The notes: generated from the letters alone by a model not told the origin. 64,000 nucleotides of DNA from Acidobacteriota bacterium (GCA_046735335.1 JBKPTE010000060.1:1125-65124); one strand, 5' to 3'; shown: positions 42,608 through 51,414, counted from the first letter of the stretch. Translations and numbers: made by a program.

Positions 42608-42624
42608 ACTTGCAACATGCAAGT
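42608..42624. promoter_or_regulatory. inverted repeat ACTTGC-N5-GCAAGT (operator candidate 2), overlapping the hxlR-like ATG
   Basis: Read directly: acttgc aacat gcaagt. Same half-sites as the 42569 site, with centres 39 bp apart. It covers the ATG at 42617. Confidence 0.55.
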
Positions 42625-43039
42625 GAGCTGCTACACTGCTGCCGTGGCTCGACGGAAAACATCGGCCGCGCGCCCGCTCCGGTCCCCGTGTCCGATCGCC
42701 GGCGCGCTCGACCTCGTCGGCGATCTCTGGACGCTGCTCGTCATCCGCGACCTGCTGTTCTACGACAAGCACCGGTTCGCCGACTTCCTCGCTTCTCCCG
42801 AAGGGATCTCCACCAACATCCTCGCCGAGCGCCTCCGGCGTCTCGAGCGATGCGGCCTCGTGGAGCGGCGCCGGTACCAGGAACGGCCCGCACGCGACGA
42901 GTACTACCTGACCGCACGCGGCCACGATCTGCTGCCGGTGCTGCGCGAGATGATCCGCTGGGGCCAGCGCTACGTGCCCGGCGTCGCGCAGCGCCCGCCT
43001 GCCGGGTTCGTCGGGATCGCGCCGCGGCCGCGGCGTTGA
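42617..43039 (+). CDS. HxlR-family winged-helix transcriptional regulator
   Basis: CPIAGALDLVGDLWTLLVIRDLLFYDKHRFADFLASPEGISTNILAERLRRLERCGLVERR is the classic HxlR signature. Confidence 0.88.
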   Translation: MQVSCYTAAVARRKTSAARPLRSPCPIAGALDLVGDLWTLLVIRDLLFYDKHRFADFLASPEGISTNILAERLRRLERCGLVERRRYQERPARDEYYLTARGHDLLPVLREMIRWGQRYVPGVAQRPPAGFVGIAPRPRR

Positions 43040-43071
43040 TTCGCGGGAGACGCGGGCAACACGGACGGCTG

Positions 43072-43836
43072 TCAATCCTGGCCGCAGATCGCCGGGAGAA
43101 CCTCGCTGATCGCTCCCGAGAGCAACGCGCTCGCGAACTGATCCATCGGCGTCGGTTCCCCATTCGCGATCACCACGCGGGCGCCAGCATTCTTCGCGAG
43201 CGGCAGCAGCCCCGCGACAGGATACACCTGCAGGCTCGTGCCGACCGCGATGAAGAGGTCCGCCTCGGCTGCCGCGTGCATGGCGCGCTCGATCACTTCG
43301 GGAACGAGCGCCTGGCCGAACGAGATCGTGGCGCTCTTCAGGATCCCGCCGCACTCCGCACACGGGGGATCGTCCTCGCCGCAGCGGACGCGATCGAGCG
43401 TCTCCTGCATCGGTCCGCGCCAGCCGCAGCCCATGCAGATCACCTCGTGCACGGTGCCGTGCACTTCGATCACTCGATCCGGCGAACTGCCCGCCCGCTG
43501 ATGGAGACCGTCGATGTTCTGCGTGACGATCGCGAGCAGCTTGCCACGGCATTCGAGCCGGGCGAGCGCGGCATGACCCGCGTTCGGGACCGCGCCCCAC
43601 GCCGGATGCTCGACGCGGCTGCGCCAGGCGAGCTTGCGCACCGCCGGATCGGCCATGTAGTAATGAATGTTCGAGAGTCGCTCCGCCCTGGGATCTTTCG
43701 TCCAGAGTCCCTGCGGCCCGCGAAAATCCGGAATGCCGGAATCGGTCGAAATGCCCGCGCCGGTGAGGACCACGATCCGCGAGGATTCCTCGACCCAGCT
43801 CCGCACTGCCGCCTCGGACTGACCCAGCGGCGTCAT
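43072..43836 (-). CDS. NAD-dependent protein deacylase, SIR2 (sirtuin) family
   Basis: GAGISTDSGIPDFRG, TQNIDGLH, HG catalytic His, and a Zn ribbon (CMGC...CAEC). The start overlaps the upstream gene's stop by 4 nt. Confidence 0.9.
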   Translation of the reverse strand: MTPLGQSEAAVRSWVEESSRIVVLTGAGISTDSGIPDFRGPQGLWTKDPRAERLSNIHYYMADPAVRKLAWRSRVEHPAWGAVPNAGHAALARLECRGKLLAIVTQNIDGLHQRAGSSPDRVIEVHGTVHEVICMGCGWRGPMQETLDRVRCGEDDPPCAECGGILKSATISFGQALVPEVIERAMHAAAEADLFIAVGTSLQVYPVAGLLPLAKNAGARVVIANGEPTPMDQFASALLSGAISEVLPAICGQD

Positions 43837-44687
43837 CGGCCGAACCGCACCGGCCGATCGTGCTCGATCGCGGTGATGCGCCAGCGGATGTACGGGTAAG
43901 GCCCCGTATCGTAGTCCCACCTCGCCTCGCCCGTCGCCGGCACGCGGACCCCCGAGAAGACCTGATCCGAATCGTTGCGGTTCACCCACAACTCGTTCCG
44001 GCCTCGCGCGTCGTTGTATCGCGTCGCTGACGACCCGACGAGGCGACCGTCCGCGTCGAACCGGAACGTCATCGATGCGGTGATTCCTCCGTATGTCATC
44101 GTCGCACGCGCGGACTCGTCGTCCACCGCGGTCCAGACAACGTAGGGTGCGAGCGCCGCGGCAGGAAACCACTGTATCTCGCCGAGAAGCCGGAGGAGAG
44201 CGCCCTGGTTGAGTCCGCCTCCCGCCTTGTTCGCGACGGGAATCAGCGAGAGCACACGCATCTCGATGCTGCCTTCGCCCGAGCGGTACCGGTCTCGCCC
44301 TTTCACCAGGATCAGCGGCGCCATTTTGAACGTGGCCTTCCAGAGGAAGCCCGGAGGATTGACCGTGAAGTACTGCTCCGCGGCGAACGGCATCCATCCG
44401 CGTCCCTCCATCTGGAACTCGCCGTCCTGACGAAGGCGCACGATCGCGGGCGCCTTCCTCCCGAGCACGTTCGAGTAGGCGAGCCAGCGCTGGACGGGAG
44501 CGGGCAGCGGCGCGATTTCGCGCGTCGTAAGGACGGTGGAATCGACTGGCCGCGCGTCAGCGAGGAGGGCATCGATCTCGCGGTCGAGACGCCGCTCGAA
44601 GAGAATCCGGCCGTCCAGAACCACGCCGACGACAACGGCGACGATGACCGCCAGAATCGCGACCATCCGGAGCACTCTCTTTCGCAT
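43833..44687 (-). CDS. membrane-anchored hypothetical protein (DUF6544-like)
   Basis: N-terminal TM helix MVAILAVIVAVVVGVVL followed by a globular domain of about 250 aa. The family name is from memory and tentative. Confidence 0.55.
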   Translation of the reverse strand: MRKRVLRMVAILAVIVAVVVGVVLDGRILFERRLDREIDALLADARPVDSTVLTTREIAPLPAPVQRWLAYSNVLGRKAPAIVRLRQDGEFQMEGRGWMPFAAEQYFTVNPPGFLWKATFKMAPLILVKGRDRYRSGEGSIEMRVLSLIPVANKAGGGLNQGALLRLLGEIQWFPAAALAPYVVWTAVDDESARATMTYGGITASMTFRFDADGRLVGSSATRYNDARGRNELWVNRNDSDQVFSGVRVPATGEARWDYDTGPYPYIRWRITAIEHDRPVRFGR

Positions 44688-44702
44688 GTCGTCCGGCTGG
44701 AC

Positions 44703-45965
44703 CTACTCCAGATCGACGAAGACGATGCTCGAAGGATTGCCGACGCCGGCGTAGTGCCCGGTGAACGCCAGTCCGCCGCTCGCCGCGTCGACGCGAAAGA
44801 CGGTGATGTTGTCGCCGCGTTGATTGCAGCAATACAGAAAGCGGCCCGCGGGTTCGACGTTGAAGCTTCGCGGATAATCCCCGCGCGTCCATTCTTCGCC
44901 CACATACGTCAACATTCCATCGGCGCCGACGGAAAGGATGCCGATGCTGTCGTGCAGGCGATTCCCCGCATACACGTAGCGGCCGTCCATGGACAGGAGG
45001 ATTTCGGAGCTGAAGCTGCTGCCCGCGAATCCGGGCGGCAGCGTCGAGATCGTCTGCCGCATCGACAAACGTCCCGACGCGGGATCGTAGTCGAACAGCG
45101 CGATCGTCGAGCTCTCCTCCTGAATCGAGTACACCCAGCGGCCGTTCGGGTGGAACCGCACGTGCCGCGGTCCGTCGCCGGCAGGAAGCGCGACCGACGG
45201 GGGATCGTTCGGCGTCAACGTGCCCCGCTGATCGTCGAACCGCCAGACGAAGATCCTGTCCAGCCCCAGGTCCGCATGGAGCACGAACCGGCCGGATGGA
45301 TCCGCCTCGATCATGTGGGCGTGGGTGCGATCGTGGCCGCTGATCGCGAAGCTCCCGGGTGGCGCGTTCGCCGCGCGGGTCGGGCCGACCGTTCCGGCAT
45401 CGACCTTCACATCCGAGGCCTCTCCGAGCCGTCCGTTCGCCAGGATCGGGAACACCGCGACCGAACCGCCGAAATAGTTCGCGACGAGCAGGTGGCGCCC
45501 ACCGGGATGAAGGCTGACGTAGGTGGGTCCCGCACCGCCGCTTCCGACCGTATTCAGAAGCTGCAGACGGCCGGTCGTGCGATCGACCGCGAAGGCGCTG
45601 AGGCTGCCATGCTTGTCCTCGCCGACGCGATCGGTCTCGTTCGCCGAATAGAGCCGCGTGCTCGCGGGATTCACGACGAGGCAGCTCGGACTCGTACCGA
45701 TCTCGACGACGGCGCTCGGGGTCAGGGCGCCCGTGCTGCGATCGACGTCGAAGATGTGGATGCCGCGTCCGTTCCCCGGAGGCAAATCGACTTGCGTCGG
45801 CAGGGTGTCGCGCAGCGGGGCACTGAACGTGCCGACGTACGCGACGAGCGGTCTGGCGTTCTGATCAGTACGCATAGCGCTCCAACGGATCGCCGCGGGA
45901 GACACGCCCGCGAGCGCGATCGTCGTTTCGAGAAATGAACGCCGCGACAGGTGGCGTTGCGTCAT
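44703..45965 (-). CDS. Tat-exported lactonase-family 7-bladed beta-propeller protein
   Basis: Twin-arginine signal LSRRSFLETTIALAG. Repeated blades (...PSCLVVNPASTRLYSANE..., GPTYVSLHPGGRHLLVANY, GPRHVRFHPNGRWVYSIQE, YPRSFNVEPAGRFLYCCNQ), typical of the 6-phosphogluconolactonase-like lactonase family. Confidence 0.8.
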   Translation of the reverse strand: MTQRHLSRRSFLETTIALAGVSPAAIRWSAMRTDQNARPLVAYVGTFSAPLRDTLPTQVDLPPGNGRGIHIFDVDRSTGALTPSAVVEIGTSPSCLVVNPASTRLYSANETDRVGEDKHGSLSAFAVDRTTGRLQLLNTVGSGGAGPTYVSLHPGGRHLLVANYFGGSVAVFPILANGRLGEASDVKVDAGTVGPTRAANAPPGSFAISGHDRTHAHMIEADPSGRFVLHADLGLDRIFVWRFDDQRGTLTPNDPPSVALPAGDGPRHVRFHPNGRWVYSIQEESSTIALFDYDPASGRLSMRQTISTLPPGFAGSSFSSEILLSMDGRYVYAGNRLHDSIGILSVGADGMLTYVGEEWTRGDYPRSFNVEPAGRFLYCCNQRGDNITVFRVDAASGGLAFTGHYAGVGNPSSIVFVDLE

Positions 45966-46957
45966 AGGCTGATGGACTCGCCAAAATCGAGTACGCGAAA
46001 CTGGTCCGGCGCCGCCCCATTGGCGTGCAGCGCCGCGTGCAGGGCGCGCACCGGTTCGTCGATGCCCTCCGTCGTCAGCTGGAAGGTCCCGAAGTGCATG
46101 GCGATCGTTTCGGGCGCGCCGAGATCGAGGTACGCGCGCACCGCCTCCGATGGATTCATGTGGACGACGTGCATGAACCAGCGCGGCTCGTACGCCCCGA
46201 TCGGCAGCAGCGCGAGATCGATCGCGCCGAGACGCTCGGGGATCTCGCGAAAGAACGGTCCGTACGCCGTGTCGCCCGCAAAGTACAGGCGGCGTCGGCC
46301 CGCCATCAGCACGAAGCCGCCCCAGAGCGCCCGGTTCTTGTCGAACGGCCCGCGCGCCGAGAAATGGTACGCCGGGGTCAGCGTGATCGGCACGGAGTTG
46401 CGCGCCGCCGGCTGCCACCAGTCCAGCTCTTCGACGCGCCGAATCCCTGCCGATCTGACGAGGCGCCCGTTGCCGAGCGGTGTCACGACGATCGGATCGA
46501 ACCGCCGCGCGAGTTTCCGCAGCGTCGGAAGATCGCAGTGGTCGTAGTGGTTGTGGCTCAACAACACTGCCGAGATCGGCGGCAGGTCCTCGAAGCGTAC
46601 CGCGGCCGGCCGGACCCGTCGCGGGCCCAGCATGCCAAACGGGCCCGCGCGATCCCCGTACATGGGATCTGTCAGCAGATTGCCGGCGCGGGTCTGAATC
46701 AGGAATGTCGAATGCCCGATGAAGGTGACCGTCGCCGCCGCGTCGCCGAGCGGCGGCGGCTGCCTGGCCTCGACCTCGAGCCCGCGCGGCCATGGCGTTC
46801 GCGGTTCCCGCAGCATCCGGGGCACCGCCGAGAACGGCTGCCCGGCCGTGCCGGTGGGATTGACGAAGCGCTTCCCGTCGAAGTGATCTGTCGACTGTGC
46901 CACTTTGGGGCTCTCGCCTGGCTGCGCCAGCGTGAAGATCTTACTGCGGCGGCGCAT
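45962..46957 (-). CDS. MBL-fold metallo-hydrolase, NAPE-PLD-like
   Basis: HFDGKRFVNP, LLSHNHYDH (HxHxDH), YFAGDTAYGP, LPIGAYEPRWFM and MHFGTF closely parallel remembered human NAPE-PLD segments (ISHNHYDH, FFAGDTGY, IPIGAYEPRWFM, IHWGTF). Confidence 0.8.
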   Translation of the reverse strand: MRRRSKIFTLAQPGESPKVAQSTDHFDGKRFVNPTGTAGQPFSAVPRMLREPRTPWPRGLEVEARQPPPLGDAAATVTFIGHSTFLIQTRAGNLLTDPMYGDRAGPFGMLGPRRVRPAAVRFEDLPPISAVLLSHNHYDHCDLPTLRKLARRFDPIVVTPLGNGRLVRSAGIRRVEELDWWQPAARNSVPITLTPAYHFSARGPFDKNRALWGGFVLMAGRRRLYFAGDTAYGPFFREIPERLGAIDLALLPIGAYEPRWFMHVVHMNPSEAVRAYLDLGAPETIAMHFGTFQLTTEGIDEPVRALHAALHANGAAPDQFRVLDFGESISL

Positions 46958-47061
46958 GGCGCAGCCGGCGGCCCGGCACGCTGATATGATGCCCGGCACC
47001 CGCGCGTTCCTCGTCACCTTCAATCTGCATCGCCACCCGTTGCCAGGAGAACCAGGCGTAG

Positions 47062-48456
47062 ATGGCCGTTCAGGACCTCGTCGACCGGCTGGCGGCTCAC
47101 AAGACCATTGGCCAGGCTCCACGGGAGGAGCTGGAATGGCTGGCCGCACACGGATCCGTCCGGAAGCTGGACGTCGGCGAGGTGCTGACCCCGAAGGGAA
47201 AGCCCGTCGAGGGATTGTTCATCGTCCTGTCCGGGCGCATCAGCATCTCGATCGATCGCGGAACAGGCCCGCACACGATCATGGAATGGCGGCAGGGGGA
47301 CGTCACGGGCCTGCTGCCGTACTCGCGTCTCGTCAGCCCGCCCGCCGATACGCTCGCGGAGGAACCGACGGAGGTCGTCGTCATTTCACGCCGCGATCTT
47401 TCCGCGATGATCCGCGAGTGTCACACCGTCACGTCCGTACTCGTCCACACCATGGTCGACCGCACCCGTGCGTTCACGTCGGCCGACCTGCACGACGAGA
47501 AGATGCTCTCGCTCGGCAAGTTGTCTGCGGGCCTGGCGCACGAGCTGAACAATCCCGCTTCGGCGATCGAGCGGAGCGCGGCGCTTCTCGAACGGCGCGT
47601 CGACGACAGCGAAGCGGCGGCGCGGGCGCTCGGCGCCGTATGTCTGACCGAGAGCCAGCTTGCGGCGATCCACGCCGTTCGCGCGTCATGTCACACCATC
47701 CGCGAACGCGGCATTCTGTCGCCTCTGGCCCAGGCGGAACGCGAGGAGGGCATCGCCGCCTGGCTGGACGAGCACGCCGTCGATCCGTCGATCGCGGACG
47801 CGCTGTCGGAGACGGCCGTGACACTCGACGCGCTCGAGAGTCTCGTGTCCGAGCTCGATCCGCCCACGCTCGCACTCGCGCTCCGATCGCTTGCGGCCGC
47901 ATGCTCCGTTCGCCGGCTCGCATCCGAGATTCAGGAGGCGGCCACGCGCGTCTCCGTTCTCGTCGGGGCCATCAAGGGCTTCACGCACATGGATCAAGCC
48001 ACTGTGGCGGAGCCCGTCGATGTGGTGCGTGGGATTGACGACACGGTGACGGTGCTGCGATCGAAGGCGCGCGACAAATCCGTGACGGTGAACGTCGACG
48101 TCGAATCGGATCTGCCGAACGTCCTTGCCTTTGCCGGCGAGCTCAATCAGATATGGGCCAACCTGATCGACAACGCGCTCGATGCGATTCCCGACGCGGG
48201 CCGCGTCGATATTCGCGCAACCCGCGATCGCAAGCGCGTCGTGGTGCGGATCGCCGACAACGGGCCGGGCATCCCCGATGAGATTCGTGAACGCATTTTC
48301 GACCCGTTCTTCACGACCAAGCCGGTTGGCCGCGGAATGGGTCTCGGGCTCGACATCGTCCGGCGGCTGGTCGGGCACAACGACGGAGAGATCACCGTCG
48401 AGTCGCGGCCCGGGCGGACGGAGTTCAGCGTCGCGCTGCCCGCCGTTCAGAAGTAG
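47062..48456 (+). CDS. cyclic-nucleotide-binding-domain sensor histidine kinase
   Basis: N-terminal cNMP-binding fold (GKPVEGLFIVLSGRISI...). H-box LSAGLAHELNNPASAI. N, G1 and G2 boxes (NLIDNALDA, DNGPGI, GRGMGLGLDIV). No TM segment, so cytoplasmic. Confidence 0.88.
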   Translation: MAVQDLVDRLAAHKTIGQAPREELEWLAAHGSVRKLDVGEVLTPKGKPVEGLFIVLSGRISISIDRGTGPHTIMEWRQGDVTGLLPYSRLVSPPADTLAEEPTEVVVISRRDLSAMIRECHTVTSVLVHTMVDRTRAFTSADLHDEKMLSLGKLSAGLAHELNNPASAIERSAALLERRVDDSEAAARALGAVCLTESQLAAIHAVRASCHTIRERGILSPLAQAEREEGIAAWLDEHAVDPSIADALSETAVTLDALESLVSELDPPTLALALRSLAAACSVRRLASEIQEAATRVSVLVGAIKGFTHMDQATVAEPVDVVRGIDDTVTVLRSKARDKSVTVNVDVESDLPNVLAFAGELNQIWANLIDNALDAIPDAGRVDIRATRDRKRVVVRIADNGPGIPDEIRERIFDPFFTTKPVGRGMGLGLDIVRRLVGHNDGEITVESRPGRTEFSVALPAVQK

Positions 48457-48471
48457 AGGGCAGGCGAGATC

Positions 48472-50133
48472 GTGAACAAGCCGTTCATCCTCGTCGTCGA
48501 CGACGACCCGCAGGTGCTCGCGGCCGTCCGAAGGGACCTGCGCAGCCGGTACCGTGAGCAATACACCACACTGAGCGCCTCGTCGGGCCAGCAGGCGCTG
48601 GAAACGGTGCGCGAGCTCAAGAGCCGCGGCGATTCGCTCGCCATGGTGATCAGCGATCAGCGCATGCCCGGCATGCCGGGGCACGAGGTGCTCGCTGGCA
48701 TCCGCGACCTCTATCCGCTCGCCCGGCGCGTTCTGCTGACCGCCTATTCGGACATCGACGCCGCGATCAAGGCAATCAACGACGCGCACATCGACCACTA
48801 CCTCTCGAAGCCGTGGGACCCTCCGGAGGAACGCCTGTTTCCCGTGATCGACGAACTGCTCGACGCGTGGCTGGCCGAGTCTCTGCCCGAAGCCACGGGC
48901 CTGAGACTCGTCGGCCACCAGTGGTCCGCCCGCTCGCACGCGATCAAAGAGTTTCTGGCCGGCAATCTGATTCCCTATCGCTGGCTGGATGCCGACGCCG
49001 ATCCGGACGCGCGGGCACTGCTCGACGCGGCGTCGGTCAGACTTGACGAGCTCCCGGTGCTGTTCTTCGAAGACGGAACGATGCTTCGAGACCTCGAGCC
49101 GCGCCGGGTTGCGGAGCGTCTCGGACGATCGCTCTCCGCAACCTTCGATCTATATGACCTGGTGATAGTCGGCGCCGGTCCGGCCGGCCTTGCCGCCGCC
49201 GTGTACGGCGCGTCGGAAGGACTCCGGACCCTGATGCTCGACCGGCACGCGCCCGGCGGACAGGCAGGTACGAGCTCCCGCATCGAGAACTATCTCGGGT
49301 TCCCGGCGGGCATCAGCGGCAGCGAGCTGACACGACGCGCGCTGGCGCAGGCGCAGCGGCTCGGCGCAGAGTCGCTGGCGCCGCTCGAAGTGACCCGTGT
49401 CGCGGTGGACGGCGGCTACAAGCATCTGACGCTCGCAGATGGGCGCGAACTCGTCACGCGAACGCTGCTGGCCGCAACGGGTATGACCTATCGCGAGCAT
49501 CCAGCGACAGGGATCGCGGAGCACGCCGGCGCCGGCGTCTACTACGGAGCGGCAACGACCGAGGGCTCGGTGTTCAAGGGCCGTCGGGTCCTCGTCATCG
49601 GAGGAGGAAACTCTGCGGGACAAGGCGCCATGTACCTGGCGCGCTACGCCGCCGACGTGCAGATCGTCGTACGGCGCGAAGACCTTCGGCGCACGATGTC
49701 GCAATACCTCATCGACCAGATCGGCCAGACGCCAAACATCCGGTTGCGGCCGTGCACCGAGCTCGCGACCGTCGAGGGCAATGGGCGAGTCGAACACGTC
49801 GGGCTGAAGTCGCTCGCGGATGGGACGCACCAGGTCGAGGATGCCGATGCGGTGTTCATCTTCATCGGCACGCAGCCGCGCAGCGACTGGTTGCCGGGTG
49901 AGGTCCTCCGGGACAGCAAGGGCTTCGTTCTCACGGGCACCGATCTCGTCGCCGCCGAGTCGTTCACACGCGTATGGAAGGAGCGGCGGCAGCCGCTGAT
50001 GCTCGAGTCCAGCCTGCCCGGTCTGTTCGCTGCGGGAGACATCAGGGCCGGCGCGATGAACCGGGTCGCCTCAGCTGCGGGCGAGGGCTCGATCGTCGTC
50101 CGGCTCGTGCATCAGTATCTCGCGATGAGCTGA
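48472..50133 (+). CDS. response-regulator receiver fused to a Cys-less Grx-like domain and a Cys-less thioredoxin-reductase-like flavoprotein
   Basis: REC domain (ILVVDDDP...MVISDQRMPGM...YLSKPW). Middle alpha/beta domain resembling glutaredoxin, with WSARS where CPxC would sit. FAD fold DLVIVGAGPAGLAAAVY, NAD(P)H fold VIGGGNSAGQ, and C-terminal GLFAAGD. The redox CxxC position reads YGAATTEG. There is only one Cys in the whole protein. Confidence 0.85.
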   Translation: MNKPFILVVDDDPQVLAAVRRDLRSRYREQYTTLSASSGQQALETVRELKSRGDSLAMVISDQRMPGMPGHEVLAGIRDLYPLARRVLLTAYSDIDAAIKAINDAHIDHYLSKPWDPPEERLFPVIDELLDAWLAESLPEATGLRLVGHQWSARSHAIKEFLAGNLIPYRWLDADADPDARALLDAASVRLDELPVLFFEDGTMLRDLEPRRVAERLGRSLSATFDLYDLVIVGAGPAGLAAAVYGASEGLRTLMLDRHAPGGQAGTSSRIENYLGFPAGISGSELTRRALAQAQRLGAESLAPLEVTRVAVDGGYKHLTLADGRELVTRTLLAATGMTYREHPATGIAEHAGAGVYYGAATTEGSVFKGRRVLVIGGGNSAGQGAMYLARYAADVQIVVRREDLRRTMSQYLIDQIGQTPNIRLRPCTELATVEGNGRVEHVGLKSLADGTHQVEDADAVFIFIGTQPRSDWLPGEVLRDSKGFVLTGTDLVAAESFTRVWKERRQPLMLESSLPGLFAAGDIRAGAMNRVASAAGEGSIVVRLVHQYLAMS

Positions 50134-50172
50134 GTCGCGGCGGCGCGGCCTCGCGTCGAGTACGATCGCGGG

Positions 50173-50655
50173 ATGACTCCACGAATCGATTACCATCAAG
50201 CCTCATCAGGCGCGTACCAGGCGATGCAGGGTCTGGAGCGCTTCGTCCGCACCTGCGGCCTCGAGCACTCGCTCCTGGAGCTCGTGAAGACCCGTGCATC
50301 GCAGATCAACGGCTGCGCGTACTGCATCGACATGCACACGAAGGACGCGCGTGCGGCCGGCGAGACCGAGCAGCGGCTGTACGCCCTTTCGGCGTGGCGC
50401 GAAACGCCGTTCTTCAACGACCGCGAACGCGCGGCGCTGGAGTGGACGGAAGCGCTCACGCTGATTTCGGAAAACGACGTATCGGACGAGCTCTACGAGT
50501 ACGTTCGGTCGCAGTTTGCCGAACAGGAAATCGTCAATCTCACGATGGCGGTCATCACGATCAACGGCTGGAACCGGCTCGCGATTCCCTTCCGCAGCGT
50601 CCCTGGAAGCTATCAGGTCCCGAGCGGGAGGCACGCGAACGCGGCAGCCCACTGA
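50173..50655 (+). CDS. carboxymuconolactone decarboxylase / AhpD-like family protein
   Basis: ELVKTRASQINGCAYCIDMHTKDA carries the CxxC-containing AhpD-core signature. Confidence 0.88.
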   Translation: MTPRIDYHQASSGAYQAMQGLERFVRTCGLEHSLLELVKTRASQINGCAYCIDMHTKDARAAGETEQRLYALSAWRETPFFNDRERAALEWTEALTLISENDVSDELYEYVRSQFAEQEIVNLTMAVITINGWNRLAIPFRSVPGSYQVPSGRHANAAAH

Positions 50656-50694
50656 AATGCTGGATGACGCGACGCGAGGGAGGGAGCGCTGGGG

Positions 50695-51414
50695 TTGATT
50701 CCGTTCCTGCTGAACCGCTATGCGATCAACTCGTCGCGGCGGCATCTCGCAGCGTACAACGAGGCGTTCGCCCGGCTGATTCCTGCCGGGGCTCTCGTCC
50801 TCGATGCCGGCGCCGGCGAGGCGCCGTACAGGCATCTGTTCGCCCATGCACGATACGAAAGCGCAGATTTCGAGCAGGTTCGAAAGGAATATGCGCCGAG
50901 CACGTACGTGTGCGATCTGACGAACATCCCCGTCGAGGGCGAGCGCTTCGACTACATCGTGCTCAATCAGGTGCTGGAGCATCTACCGGAACCGAAGTCA
51001 GTTCTCCTCGAGCTGAATCGTGTGCTCAAGAACGGAGGGCAGATCATCTGCACCGCCCCGCTGTTCTATGAGGAGCATGAGCGGCCGTACGACTTCTACC
51101 GGTACACGCAATTCGCGCACAGGCACCTGTTCGGTGAAGCCGGATTCCGGATCGATCGACTCGAATGGATGGAAGGCTATCTCGGTACGGTCGCGTACCA
51201 GCTCGATACTGCCGCCCGCTATCTCCCCACGCATCCTCGTGAGATCGCGGCAGGGGTCGCGGGCTACGCGCTCGTTCCGGTCCTCGCAGCGTTGAAGCTG
51301 ATGTTCGCGGTCACCGCAATCGCGTTCTACCGGCTGGACATCAGATGGCCCTTCAAGACGCGGGGATTTCCCAAGAACTACGTGGTCGTTGCGACAAAGA
51401 TTGCTGGCGGCTGA
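50695..51414 (+). CDS. class I SAM-dependent methyltransferase
   Basis: LDAGAGEAPY (motif I) and FDYIVLNQVLEHLPEP...LKNGGQIICTAP. TTG start at 50695. Confidence 0.8.
   Translation: MIPFLLNRYAINSSRRHLAAYNEAFARLIPAGALVLDAGAGEAPYRHLFAHARYESADFEQVRKEYAPSTYVCDLTNIPVEGERFDYIVLNQVLEHLPEPKSVLLELNRVLKNGGQIICTAPLFYEEHERPYDFYRYTQFAHRHLFGEAGFRIDRLEWMEGYLGTVAYQLDTAARYLPTHPREIAAGVAGYALVPVLAALKLMFAVTAIAFYRLDIRWPFKTRGFPKNYVVVATKIAGG

Noticed and set aside
43072-43836. SIR2 protein as an NADase defence effector (Thoeris / DSR / pAgo-associated)
   Set aside because: It is a short canonical sirtuin with an intact Zn ribbon and GAGIS/HG motifs. No ThsB/TIR, pAgo or large DSR-type extension is present.
45966-46793. 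N-terminal 276 codons of the 696-aa minus-strand ORF containing the lactonase
   Set aside because: This part is out of frame over the NAPE-PLD-like gene and Arg/Gly-rich. The lactonase has a bona fide Tat signal starting at the ATG at 45965.
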